Assembly: GCA_964106915.2 (NCBI GenBank)
Contig: OZ066922.1
Origin: Podarcis gaigeae
Taxonomy: Eukaryota
Strand: one strand, 5' to 3'
Length of the DNA stretch: 64,000 nt
The translations under genes and the position numbers were made by a program. This document shows positions 38,321-50,787 of the stretch, piece by piece. How positions within the stretch are numbered: position 1 is the stretch's first letter; each line of letters opens with the position of its first letter. The notes under the pieces were generated by a model. That model did no database searches and was not told where the DNA came from. It saw only the letters and a program-made list of their open reading frames with translations.

Positions 38321-39034
38321 TAAGGGCTCATCCGCACTTCCGCTTGTGTGATGCCTAGAAAACACAGGTCCGAGGGCTTTCACCATTGCCTTGCTGCTCC
38401 TTTCCAAAGTAAAACCCACTCTCGCAAGAGGTCAGAACAAATGGCAACCTGGGGAAAACCCAAATTGACATTTGCTCTGATTGAGTGCTTTCCATGGGGG
38501 AAAGCTGCAGGGAAGAGGAAGTGTGGAAAAGCCCTTTATCAGGTAAGGGGACATCATTTGAGGGCACATTCACTCCCTGGCCAGCTTCTAGGGGCTTGAA
38601 AACCTGCAGTGGGTGAGATCAAAGAGACAGAAACACCCCACGGAGAGTCCTCTCTTTTTCCAATAGCACAGAAACATGGTGACCTGCCCACGAGGGAAGA
38701 GAGCAACCCCCTCCTCTGTGGGCACCCATGGCCCCCCTTTCCCACTTGTTCTTGCAAATCAGCGGAGCAGCAGCAGGCGGGGAGACATCACAAACAGGGG
38801 CGGTGGAAATTTCATGCCTCCCACAATCTGGTCCTGCTGCTCAGGGGGAAATGGCTGTACAGCCTTGGAACCAGGACTGCAGAAGGCAAGGGGCCTCAGA
38901 GGGTGTGGGGCCTGGGAGAAGTGGTTGGTGAGTCCGTTGGAGAGGCCTTGTGGCCCATGTGCCACTACCCCTTATGCCAGAGGCCTGAGAAAACAGAATC
39001 AAATGCCCAGGTGGATGATGTACTTTGTCCTTAC

Positions 39035-39142
39035 CTGCACTCCCATGATAACTTGTATGGGACAGAAGGCTGAGTCGCTTCTCTAACTGCAAAGCTTCAT
39101 GGGCCACTCTCTCTTCCGTGCATGCAGGATTTATGCTGGGGT
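39035..39142 (-). CDS. DOK7: DOK7 exon 6 (DPSINPACTEERVAHEALQLEKRLSLLSHTSYHGSA), contains NES
   Basis: 108 nt, aag/gtaagg, LQLEKRLSLL nuclear export motif of DOK7. Confidence 0.92.
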
Positions 39143-39392
39143 CTTAAAAAAACAAATCCAAAGTGACAAATCACAACTGAGACTTAGCTGTAAAAAACAA
39201 CAACGCTTCCACTTTAATAGTCTAAGCAGAGCACCTGGAGCTACCTGCGAACCTTAAACATGAGCACTTTGTTGCTTTATAATCAAGAGGGTTCCGGTAC
39301 CGGAGTTCTGTTCTTTCCTGCCTCCCAAAATCTTCACATATAGCATCAGAAGGGGAGGTTTTTAATATCAGCTGCTAATAACTCCCTCCAGG

Positions 39393-39609
39393 AGTGGTAC
39401 CTCGGGTTACAGATGCTTCAGGTTACAGACTCTGCTAACCCAGAAATAGTACCTTGGGTTAAGAACTTTGCTTCAGAATGAGAACAGAAATTGTGCGGTG
39501 GCAGCAGTTGGAGGCCCCATTAGCTAAAGTGGTACCTCAGGTTAAGAACAGTTTCAGGTTAAGAACGGACCTCCAGAACGAATTAAGTTCTTAACCCGAG
39601 GTACCACTG
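39393..39609. mobile_element. Tc1/mariner-type MITE family A
   Basis: Homologous to 17402-17627. Confidence 0.8.
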
Positions 39610-40127
39610 TAAAATGATAAATTCATAATTCCTTCTTGGCAGACAATACTTGTTCTTCCATTTTCCAGTCAGGAATTTCAGTAATTATTACAGTTAATAT
39701 ATTTGTAAAAAGATATTTGAATGGCTAGACATCTGTGCTATTTTCACAATTTGTCAGATATTACTTTCCTTTCAGTGATAACCATGCCCTCATTTAATCT
39801 GGTAGGACGCACAAATTTTAATCTAGGTTGTTGAAGACCACACAGTGATTTCTTGAACCACTTTGAGGTTTAAGTGTTAATGTTCTAAATATTTAACAGC
39901 TGAAATCCTATGCACACCTATCAGAAAGTGAGCCCAGTTGAGCCTACTAGGATTTACAGCTGAGTCAACACTTTTAGAATTGGCCTGTAAATCATGTTTC
40001 TTCAAGGTTTGTCTCATTCTATGAGATACAACTGAACTAATGATGCTTGGACTAAAAATTTGGGGCGCTAATAATGTATTCATGTATTTCAAACTACACA
40101 ATATGATTGTTTCCTTCTAACCAACCA

Positions 40128-40690
40128 GTTGTTGTTGGCCTCCATCGGTCTCGAGAGACAATGGAGTCTGCCTCTAGGGGTGAAATCTAACCTTTGCGTT
40201 AACAGCACCAAAGTGACCTCCAAAGCGTGCAAGAATGGGCAGTGTGTCTGGAGGTCCTGGGCTGCCCAGACAACAACGCCCCCCCCCCTTGGACTCACTG
40301 AGGTGGTCCAAAGAAAAGCAGAGCAATATGTTTGGCATCGGCTTGGCTGCAGGAGTTGCTGGAAGGAGTGTACAAGGCTCCATCCAACCATCTTAGGGAC
40401 TCAACTCTGGATTTGTCTAGGGTTTACTCCTGAGACTTTTCTTCTCCCAAAGATATCCCAAAAGGCAGTGGAGGTTTAGGATTAGAGTTTTGCTTCTCCG
40501 AGGTTGAGCCCCATCTGTCCTTACTTCCCTTGACAGCACGTGCAGAAACTGCCTTCATGACCACTGGCCCACTGTGGGTCTCTTCTGCTCAATCCACCAG
40601 AGCCTGTCTTCACATGCAGGGCAAGTCCCTAACTCACAAAGGATTTAAGATCCATTGGCTACCCACACTTGGTTTAGCCTGCCAGTCAGC
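40128..40690 (-). mobile_element. Interspersed repeat, probably an RTE/BovB-type 5' region; relatives at about 36005-36240 and 56400-56530
   Basis: Shared blocks (gcaggagttgctggaaggag..tacaag..tccaaccatcttag; cctttggaccac..cagcgagg). Family assignment is inference. Confidence 0.45.
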
Positions 40691-40705
40691 TGTACTCAGG
40701 GTGTA

Positions 40706-41057
40706 AAAAGGTACCCCCTGCCCGTACGGGCCAGTCGTGTCCGACTCGAGGGTTGTGCACCCATCTCACTTAAGAGGCCGGGGGCCAGCGCTGTCCGGAG
40801 GCACTTCCGGGTCACGTGGCCAGCGTGACGAAGCTGCTCTGGCGAGCCAGCGCAGCACACAGAATGCCCTTTACCTTCCCGCTATAAAGTGGTACCTATT
40901 TATCTACTTGCACTTAGGGGTGCTTTCGAACTGCTAGATTGGCAGGAGCTGGGACCGAAAGACGGGAGCTCACCCCACCGCGGGGATTCGAACCGCCGGC
41001 CATGCGATCGGCAAGTCCTAGGCACTGAGGTTTTACCCACAGCGCCACCCGCGTCCC
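40706..41057 (-). mobile_element. Sauria-type SINE (CpG-rich 'cccgtacggg' subfamily)
   Basis: TSD ctcagggtgta. Confidence 0.9.
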
Positions 41058-41074
41058 TTCTCAGGGTGTAGCAC

Positions 41075-41540
41075 CACTCTATTATGCCTTGGTCAGACCA
41101 CACCTGGAGTACTGTGTCCAGTTCTGGGCATCACAATTTAAGAAGGATATTGACAAGTTAGAACATGTGCAGAGGAGAGTGACCAAGATAATCAAGGGTC
41201 TGGAAACCAAGACTGATGAGGAATGGTTGAGGGAGTTGGGTATGTCCCATGGAAGATGAAGCAAGCTTGTTTTCTCCTGCTCTGGAGGATAGGACTTGAA
41301 CCAATAGTTTCAAATTACAAGAAAGGAGATGCCAACTAAACATCGGGAAGAACTTTCTGACAGTAAGAGCTTTTTGACAGTGGAATGGACTTCTTTAGAA
41401 TGTAGTGGACTCTCCTTGGAGGTTTATAAGCAGAGGATGTTTGGTCATCTGTTGTAGTTGAGATTCCTGCATTGCAGGGCATTAGACCAGTTGCCACTTG
41501 AGTCCCTTCCAACTCTACAATTCTATGATCTTATGATTCA
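41075..41540 (+). mobile_element. CR1 LINE 3' end
   Basis: [28 protein letters not shown] frame and (ATTCTATG)-like tail. Confidence 0.85.
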
Positions 41541-41788
41541 CCTGAACTATATAGCAATGTTCTTGATGTTCTATATAACAAACTGAACTAATAGCAATGT
41601 TCTTGATGGTTGCCTAGCAAGGAAAATTTTTACTTTCAAAATTAATTACCTGGCAACTTCCAATTATGTCAAAGTTTAACAAGTTAATTTTCAGAGTAGT
41701 GTGATGCAACTCAACTCAACATCTCAAATTAATGCTGGGTCCCCCTCTAGCTTTTTAACATTTATACACATTTATGCAACTATATCAC

Positions 41789-42156
41789 AGGACGCGGGTG
41801 GCGCTGTGGGTAAAACCTCAGCACCTAGGGCTTGCCGAGTGCATGGTCAGCGGTTCGAATCCACGCGGCGGGGTGAGCTCCCGTCTTTCGGTCCCAGCTC
41901 CTGCCTACCTAGCAGTTCGAAAGCACTCCTAAGTGCAAGTAGATAAATAGGTACCGCTTTACAGCGGGAAGGTAAACGGCGTTTCCGTGTGCTGCACTGG
42001 TGCCAGCTCGCCAGAGCAGCTTCGGCACGCTGGCCACGTGACCCGGAAGTGTCTCCGGACAGCGCTGGCCCCTGGCCTCTTAAGTGAGATGAGCGCACAA
42101 CCCTAGAGTCGGACACAACTGGCCCGTACGGGCAGGGGTACCTTTACCTTTACCTT
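41789..42156 (+). mobile_element. Sauria-type SINE (CpG-rich subfamily)
   Basis: TSD tttatgcaactatat, (ACCTTT)n tail. Confidence 0.9.
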
Positions 42157-42170
42157 TTATGCAACTATAT

Positions 42171-42528
42171 GGGACGTGGGTGGCGCTATGGTCTAAACCA
42201 CAGAGCCTAGGACTTGCCGATCAGAAGGTCGGCAGTTCGAATCCCCGCAACAGGGTAAGCTCCCATTGCTCGGTCCCAGCTCCTGCCAATCTAGCAGTTT
42301 GAAAGCACACCAAAAAGTGCAGGTAGGTAAACAGGTACCGCTCCGGTGGGAAGGTATACGGTGTTTCCATGCGCTGCTCTGGTTTCGCCAGAAGCAGCTT
42401 AGTCATGCTGGCCACATGACCTGGGAAAACTGTCTGCAGACAAACGCCGTCTCTCTCAGCCAGTAAAACGAGATGAGCACCGCAACCCCAGAGTCATTCG
42501 TGACTGGACTTAACTGTCCAGTCACGAA
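42171..42528 (+). mobile_element. Sauria-type SINE with foldback 3' end
   Basis: Directly follows the previous SINE, TSD tatgcaactatat. Confidence 0.88.
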
Positions 42529-42847
42529 TATGCAACTATATATATACCTTTTATTTAGACAATCCAAGGGAAAATGTACATGTAATTGTATTTTGATGTT
42601 TAATGATGACAAACATTTTATGCATCCAGAACCTCTTATTCCAATCAAAGTGAAATATATTATACAAGCTAAACTCCCTTGTTACATGGTTATGCACAGT
42701 GCTATTTTTCTAGAAAAAGAGGTGGCAGAACTCACTATAAATGCATCCCTTGTTCTCTTATAATGGCAATGGCGCCTACCTGGGAGGTGCTGGAACTGAG
42801 CTCCGGCTGAAAAAAAGTGCTAGTTATGCTATACATCCAAAACTAAC

Positions 42848-42967
42848 CTGGCAGGACTGGACGTAGACCAAAAGGGCCTTTCATCGGAGAGATGCCATGA
42901 ACAATGCAATCAAAGAGAAAGCTGATCTTTTCTCCTTCCATGCAAGATAAAAAAAACACACCAGCCC
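42848..42967 (-). CDS. DOK7: DOK7 exon 5 (WAGVFFLSCMEGEKISFLFDCIVHGISPMKGPFGLRPVLP)
   Basis: 120 nt, cag/gttagt, hand-translated (absent from the ORF track). End of the PTB domain. Confidence 0.93.
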
Positions 42968-43064
42968 CTGAAAGAAAGCAAAACGTTTAGGACAATTTTA
43001 AATCTGGATGAAGGACACATTGGCATATTTATGCAACATCAAAAACAAGCTAAGGAGCAATCTA

Positions 43065-43413
43065 CCGTATTTTTCCCTCTATAACACGCAGATTTTTTCT
43101 CCTAAAAAGGAAGGGGAAATGTCTGTGCGTGTTATTGAGTGAATGTGTGGTCCCTGGAGCCAAATGGCGCGAGTGGAGGCAAAAAAAAGCAGGCAAAAAT
43201 CAAATTGCGCGTCTCGGAGAAGGGAAACCTGAAAAGAGGAAGCGGCTGCTTTCCTGCATTCTGCCTCAGGGTCTTACTGCCCACCCACCTCTGTTTCCTT
43301 GCTGTGTTTGCTCAAACAGAACAAAGAGCAGGGAAAGCCCCTCCCCTCCAGGCAAGCAGAGGGGAAAGCAGAGTGTCGTCTCTGTGCTCCGGTGCTGCTG
43401 AAAACATGCAGGA

Positions 43414-43464
<51 letters not shown>

Positions 43465-44139
43465 AGCTGGCCTGGGTGGGTAGGTGAGGGAAAACTTTTG
43501 CCTTCCTTTCCTCCCTCCCGTTATACCCCTCTCCTGTATTCTTAGCCAGCTGCTTCTCTGCACACCCCTCTCGTGCTCCTTGTCCGTTCTGTGCTTTTCC
43601 TTCCCTCCCCACTTAAAATGTGGTTAAAAAGCATGGATCCACATGGATCCTCAGGATCTTTGCATTGGGTCACCCCAAATTCACCATCAGATCACATAGC
43701 ATGTTCATGGCTACAGCCTGCCCCCCAAAAATCACGCACCCACTGTTGCCTGGGGCTGCAATGGTGCAAAAACGTGGTTACAAAACATGGATCCACATGG
43801 ATCCTCAGGATCTTTGCATTGGGTCAGCCCAAATTCACCATCAGAGCACATAGCATGTCCATGGCTACAGCCTGCCCCCCCAAAATCACACACCCACTGT
43901 TGCCTGGGGCTGCAATGGTGCAAAAACGTGGTTACAAAGCATGGATCCACAGGGATTCTCAGGATTTTTGCATTGGGTCACCCCAAATTCACCATCAGAT
44001 CACATGTCTGTGGCCACAGCATGAAGCACAAAAATGATACATCCACTGTTTCATTCAGAATGTTTTTTCCCTTGTTTTCCTCCTCTAAAAACGATGTGCA
44101 TGTTATGGTCAGGTGCGTGTTATAGAGCGAAAAATATGG
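43065..44139. mobile_element. Tigger/pogo-like non-autonomous element (CCGTATTTTTC TIR) with an internal 154-bp tandem repeat and (AG)n
   Basis: TIRs, TA TSD, about 2.5 units starting at 43632, 43786 and 43940. Confidence 0.8.
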
Positions 44140-45521
44140 TATATGCTATGCTGGCTCTAGCGTTGCTACCAGAAAGATCTTATCCTTAAGCGGTTACATT
44201 TCAGAGGTTCTTAACCTGTGTACCTGTGTACAGTGTTTCTGTACTAGACCAGAGCACTATAATAATATGGACTTATGGTTGCTGTTTTGGTCAAATTCCT
44301 GAACCAGAGTGGAAAAGGTGCTATCTTGCGCTACATTGTGAACTTTTGTTTGTGAAGGGCAACACATTATTGGGCTCTTGTCTTAGTGGATAATTAAATA
44401 TAGCAAAAACCACATAGTTGCAGAAGGCTTTTTTTTAACAGTGGTTTTGACACAATGAAACAAGAACCCGATCTTCTATCAAACATTTTGAATTTATTAT
44501 TACAGTCTAGAATGAATAGTGATCAAATGCTTTCAAAATGAAACTTTAACTGCCTTTCCTTTTTAAATATTATTTTACTACTTATTTTTTTCCTAGAAAT
44601 AAGCCAAAAAGTCTTTTTTTATTATTTCATTGACAAAAATGATTCTTAATTTTTCAGTCTGTTTAAAGTATCCCCCCTGAAACATTATCTAATATTTGTC
44701 CACATTCTAGACATGGGAATAAAGTGAGTGAAATCTGGATATTAAGGCTCCAGGAAACCACACAATCCCTAAAATAGTCCACAGGGTTAGCTTCCAAATC
44801 CTGTAATAAACTGACATGGACTGGTTCACAGCTGTTTCAAATGGGGTATTTATATTAGGAAACATTTTAATGACAGGGAGACAAAATTCTTTTGCAGGGG
44901 AGCTGTTTCCTCCCCCCCCCCCAACACCTGTTCTGAGGTGAATTTTGGAAAATTCAAACTCATAAAAATAGCTGCCTCCTTTGCTACTCACTAGGGGGAG
45001 CCATTATAGTGGACAGCAGTTGAATATCCACTAAAAAATTTTTTTTACAGAGTAAGCATATTGTTCTTCCAACAGCTCAATTTAAAATTTCTTTTTTAAA
45101 AAACATCCCTTTGAAAAAAACCATTTCTTTCTTTTAAAAAATTACCTTGCAAAACCCAAAATATGCTTTATTTAAAAATAGACTCAACAGTTTGTGAGTA
45201 TGCTAATAAATCAGCAAAATCAATCACTGAATCAAAGTTAAACAAAGCTGGAGAGGCAATTGAAATTAACTGGGTAAATTTCACAATTTTGAGTCAAATC
45301 ATTATTTCTCTACAAGGAAGATGGAAGGCTTTCAGAAAGTGTATAAAGGAGATTCTCCAAGCTTATTCTGACAATTTTTGAGAATGCACAGTTCCCTTGC
45401 TCCCAAAGGGACTACAAGATTCCCTGGTGCCTAAACATTCAGTTGGGGGGGGCATTTGTATAGGTCTGTTTGAACTGTGATTAACATAAAAAATGGGAAA
45501 ATAGCAGAACACTATTTTGAT

Positions 45522-45580
<59 letters not shown>

Positions 45581-46094
45581 CTTAGCTGTATTGAAAGGTT
45601 CATCCATATTTATATTTCAATATTCATATTTCAACACAAAAATCAAACCTCACAAAAATTCAGTTTACCTCTAATTTATTGATGTCTACAATGCTCTATG
45701 AATGCCCTACATTACTTGACAGAATAATGTTTTTCCAGTTCTTGGAAGAGAAAGCACGTATCCAAGACACATTCCTATCCTCCCTCAGCTCATGTCCAAT
45801 TTGGACAGTGTGTTGTATTTGCTTAATGACAACTGAAGACATTCTTCTATCACTGGGTCAACATTAAAAATCATTTAGGGCTGTTCTGGTCTGCAAAAAA
45901 TATTGACACAACCCAAGTGTTAGAACATGGGGAGGCAAACTAAGGCCCAGGGGCCGAATCCAGCCCAATCGCCTTCCCAATGCGGCCCGTGGACGGTCTG
46001 GGAATCAGTGTTTTTACATGAGTAGAATGTGTGCTTTTATTTAAAATACAGTTCTGGGTTATTTGTAGGGCCTGCCTGGTGTTTTTACATAAGT

Positions 46095-46415
46095 AGAAGG
46101 TCAGTGGTTTAAATCCCCGTGACGGGGTGAGCTCCCGTTGCTCGGTCCCTGCTCCTAGCTCCTGCTCCTCAGTCCCAACCTAGCAGTTCAAAAGTGCAAG
46201 TAGATAAATAGATACCGCTCCGGCGGGAAGGTAAACGGCGTTTCCCTGCGCTGCTCTGGTTTCACCAGAAGCGGCTTAGTCATGCTGGCCACATGACCTG
46301 GAAAAACTGTCTGTGGACAAACATTGGCTCCCTTGCCCAGTAAAGCAAGATGAGCGCCACAACCCCAGAGTCCGTTTGCGACTGGACTTAACTGTCAGGG
46401 GTTCTTTACCTTTAC
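46095..46415 (+). mobile_element. 5'-truncated Sauria-type SINE abutting a hAT/Charlie-like fragment (about 45926-46095)
   Basis: SINE body and ACCTTT tail. Confidence 0.75.
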
Positions 46416-47226
46416 GGGGGAGTTTGAGGAAGACGTTTAGGACCCTAAATCTGTCTGAGCACTAGGTGCTTTCAGCCCTACCTCTCAGTGGAAAAGTGGA
46501 GGCACCTGAAGCAAAGATGCCAGTTTCAGCCCAATGTTCACAAACATCCCCGAGAAATGTTGAGACAAACTCGGTCCCACATTGAAAGACAAAGTGAAGA
46601 GTGTTGTGGGGCTGTGTGGGCTCCTTCCCCTGTGTGTGCAGCCGGCATGTAAAGGGGTTCTGCATCCATACTGATGCAATGATTTCATGTGATCTGCATG
46701 TTGAGTGAAGTGGCTCGTCTAATACGAAGATTGGAATGCAGCTATCATTTGGCTTTTGAAATTCCCCAGATTTTGCACTGTAGCTCTCAGCTAAAAATAG
46801 ATGCCAAAATTGCATTAAAATGTACTTACAAAACTGACTGATCCATCCATCCCTAGATAAATGCATATGGCCCCTCCACATATCAGCTGAAAATGTGTAG
46901 AAATTGGGGATGTTGCTAATACATTCATTATCAAAGGGGCACAGCTAGCCAATGTGACTAAAAGCCTCAGAATGGGGTGGGATATGTCAAGCTGTGCAAA
47001 TAAACCTCCCCTTTCTGAGAAAAATGCACATCCACACAGTTTCACAGCCCCATAGTTGTTCACAGACAGAACCTTATATTTTAGGACCATTTTGCCACTT
47101 TATTTGCAGCCCTCATATTTTTAATATATATATTCTTACATACAGATCCCTAACTGATGAGATGCTATCATTCTACGATTTCCTATATTCAAAAAGCTAA
47201 TCAAAATTTAAGTGCAGAACACTCAC

Positions 47227-47427
47227 AGAAACCACACCGAGTTCCTCCTTCAAAGACAAATCCATTAGGAACAGCTCCGTAGCGTCGCAGATCTGAGAGT
47301 TTCCATTGTCCCATGATAGAGGGTGGGTTATCTTTTGCTAGTACTAGGATATCATTGCAAAAGTGCAGAGTTGCTGGACCACTCTCCAGTTTAGTCCCAG
47401 GTGCTACCACAACATGAAACCTGTGAA
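47227..47427 (-). CDS. DOK7: DOK7 exon 4 (HRFHVVVAPGTKLESGPATL...FEGGTRCGF), PTB domain
   Basis: 201 nt, tag/gtgagt, IRS-type PTB motif WKLSDLRRYG. Confidence 0.95.
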
Positions 47428-47786
47428 CTATCAGAAGGAGGGGGAAATGAAAGTACAAGGGATTAATTTAATCATTTTGCCAAAAATAATTAAAGAGTCA
47501 AATGCGCACGAAGACTGGTTTCATTGCCACTAACATAAAAATGTTCATGCTAATCCATGTTCATATAATGACGTTTAGCAAAGGCTACAAGACATAAAAT
47601 AAAACTTGGTGGTGGTAACCTCTTTTCCTGTAATTTCATTACAATTTTATTTTAATTCTATATTTAAATATATATTTAAATATATTTTAAATATATATTT
47701 AAATATATAACAGCAAAGGGCTGAACATTTTAAGAGCAACTCATTTACTCTGATGGCTCACAGGGAAAACAAAGAACTTCCAACTA

Positions 47787-48451
47787 CAGTCGTACCTCGG
47801 GTTACATACGCTTCAGGTTACAGACTCCGCTAACCCAGAAATAGTACCTCGGGTTAAGAACTTTGCTTCAGGATGAGAACAGAAATCATGCTCTGGCGGC
47901 GCGGCGGCAGCAGGAGGCCCCATTAGCTAAAGTGGTGCTTCAGGTTAAGAACAGTTTCAGGTTAGGAACGGACCTCTGGAACAAATTAAGTACCGTATTT
48001 TTCGCCCTATAGGACGCACTTTTTCCCCTCAAAAAATGAAGGGGAAATGTGTGCGCGCCCTATGGGGCAAATGCAGGCTTTCGCTGAAGCCTGGAGAGCG
48101 AGAGGGGTCGGTGCGCACAAACCACTCTTGCTCTCCAGGCTTCGCGGACCTCTCCGCAAGCAGCGGAGCGCTACCCCTGCTTGCGGAGTGTTGCTTGCAT
48201 GCTGAAGCCTGTGCGCGCTGAGCTCTCCGCAAGCAGTGGGAGCCAGCCCTGGGCTCCCACGGCTTGCAGAGAGCTGCCTGTTTGGGGACTGGGGTCGGGG
48301 GAAGCTCGGGCCTCCCCCGCCCCAGCCCCGCACCTGGGGGGGGGGAAATAATTTTTTCCCCTTTATTTCCCCCCCAAAAAACTAGGTGCGCCTTATTGGA
48401 CGGTGCATCCTATAGGGCGAAAAATACGGTACTTAACCCGAGGTACCACTG
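47787..48451. mobile_element. MITE family A with a nested Tigger-like element (47993-48429)
   Basis: Host sequence aattaagTA|...|TActtaacccgagg is split by an element with CCGTATTTTTCGCCCTATAGGA TIRs and a TA duplication. Confidence 0.9.
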
Positions 48452-48549
48452 TACTGAAACAATCTTTTTCATATTTCACAGAAAAAGACATTACTTTAAT
48501 GGCAACAAAGAGAAGGCTGCATTTTAACAAGATGTGAAGGGGGTGGGAG

Positions 48550-48565
48550 AGAAGAAGAAGAAGAA

Positions 48566-48597
<32 letters not shown>

Positions 48598-48856
48598 AGA
48601 GTAGTAGTAGTAGTAGTAGTAGTTTGGATTTGATATCCCGCTTTATCACTACCCTAAGTCTCAAAGTGGCTAACATTCTCCTTTCCCTTCCTCCCCCACA
48701 ACAAGCACTCTGTGAGGTGAGTGGGGCTGAGAGACTTCAGAGAAGTGTGACTGGCCCAAGGTCACCCAGCTGCCGCATGTGGAGGAGCGGGGATGCGAAC
48801 CCAGTTCACCACGTTACGAGTCCACCGCTCTTAACCACTACACCACACTGGCTCTC
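48550..48856 (-). mobile_element. tRNA/CORE-type squamate SINE with compound (AAG)n(TAG)n tail
   Basis: tRNA-like head (gagagccagtgtggtgtagtggttaagagc on -), CORE-like gcccaaggtcacccagc. Confidence 0.75.
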
Positions 48857-49865
48857 ACTTATACTCGAGTCACAGCTATTCAGAAAATCTGCTCTCCATC
48901 AAGTGAAGTCCATCTAGTGAGTTATCATCTCAGTGGTACAGGGACACTTGCAGGGGAGAAATAAACCAGCGAGAGAGAGCGAAGCAACACTCCTCCTGCA
49001 GCTTTCCCCTTACCTAAGACTACTTCCAGTCTTAAGAGTCACAGATGGTTGAAATGACCTAGGGGGCATCTGCATGGGAGAAGTAGGGAGTGGGAATTAA
49101 GCATCAATGGGTGGAGATATTGGTTAAGAACCCCAATTTTTCCTTATAACGCAGCTTTCTAGTGTGCCAGCTTCAAGCTCCTGCATACCAGCACTAATAT
49201 TCAGGTTGATTCGCAATGGTGCGTAAAATGCTGAGACCATCAAGCTTCACGAGACTGACTTTTTTACATGACAGCTAAGGATGAAGTGGTCACGACAACA
49301 GACCCTAAGACATGATTGGGGAAACTCTGGTCCTCCATTTCTCCAGATGTTGTCGCACTCCAACTCCCATCAGCCCCAACCAATGATGCGATTTCTAGTC
49401 CAATAACATCTGGAGAGCCTCAAGTTCCCAATCTCTGTCCTGAGAGATGCTATAAAAGGCAAAATAAAAGAGGGACAAGTAGCCAAACTAATTGTAGAAG
49501 GCAACCAAGGAGCAGGGAACCATCATATGTTAACAATATCATTGTAAAAAACCAAAAATAAAATAAAATAGGATAAGGGGAAGCATGATTCAACCAACAC
49601 ACAAAGCAAGAGTTGTGTAGTCTCTGAAGCAAAGTGGACTCACAATGCTTCTGGACCAATGTGGGATGGCTCAGAGCTATCAGATTAACTCCATGTTATT
49701 CACCTTCACAAAAGCAGAGGTGCATGAATGAATTTGCTGATATGTATAAATGGTAACTGATGCTAGGTTTACAAAGCCCATGGGAGCCAAACAGTTGTTT
49801 AGGTTTGCACATAGGCTAGTAAAATTGTTAATGTTGTTTTTCTTTTCTCTCTGGTCTCAAAGCTA

Positions 49866-50446
49866 CTGTATTTTTCGCTCCATAAGACACACTTTTTTCC
49901 TCTTAAAAACTAAGGGGAAATGTCTGTGCGTCTTATGGAGCGAATGTGTGGTCCCTGGGGCTGGGGGGGGGGGCCCGGGCTTCCCCCGCCAGCCCTGGGA
50001 GCAGCGGGCAGGCTGCGTGCAGATGCCCCATGCTCCTGAGCAGCTGTGGGGTAGCCCGTGAAGCCTTTGCAGGGCAGTGGGATGAAGGCTCCCCGCTGCC
50101 CTGCAGAGGTTTCGCAGGCTACCCCAGAAGCCAGAACAGCTAGAGAGAGTGCTGCGCAGCGCTCCCTCTAGCTGTTTTAGCTTCTGCCTTAGCAGCGCAA
50201 AGCCTTCACAGGGCAGCGGGGAACCTTCATCCTGCTGCCCTGCGGAGGCTTCGCGCGGCTATCCCTGGCTTTTGCGGGAGGTGGCCCCCAAGAGCCGCAC
50301 TCCCTTTAAAGAGCCGCACAGAGTGTGTGTGTGGCTCTTCGGGGTTCTGCTCAGCGCTTCCTTTAATTAATTTTTTTTCTTGAATTCCCCCTCTAAAACT
50401 AGGTGTGACTTATGGTCAGGTGTGTCTTATGGAGCGAAAAATATGG
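49866..50446. mobile_element. Tigger/pogo-like non-autonomous element
   Basis: C(T/C)GTATTTTTCGCTCCATAAGAC TIRs, TA TSD. Confidence 0.8.
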
Positions 50447-50556
50447 TATATCACAAAGTACTTCAGAAATTCCCTTATGCACCAAAAGCACATTCCTGTA
50501 CACAATATTTTTGCTTTAACCAAATGAACCATGTGTTTAAAAGAAGCAAACATTAC

Positions 50557-50787
50557 CTTCACCTAAACTGTAGCGAATGCGCAGATCCCAGGCATGCATG
50601 GTTTCCTTGTTTTCAAAGCCCAGCATAACAACTTGACTCAAACAGATGATGGCAAGAGTGTGATTCAGGCCCTCATAACAAAGCCCAGGATCCAGGCCAC
50701 AGATGTCTTCCAAAGTCACGCTGTTCCTCTCCTTCAGCCCCTTCAGTCGTTCAGATCTTTCCTTGTATATAAGCATAAGCAAGCAAT
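50557..50787 (-). CDS. DOK7: DOK7 exon 3 (DCLLMLIYKE...RIRYSLGE), PH domain
   Basis: 231 nt, cag/gtaatg, very close to the DOK7 PH domain. Confidence 0.95.

Noticed and set aside
43573-44125. Repetitive ORFs or CRISPR-like array
   Set aside because: Head-to-tail 154-bp tandem repeat inside a transposon, no unique spacers, eukaryotic context.
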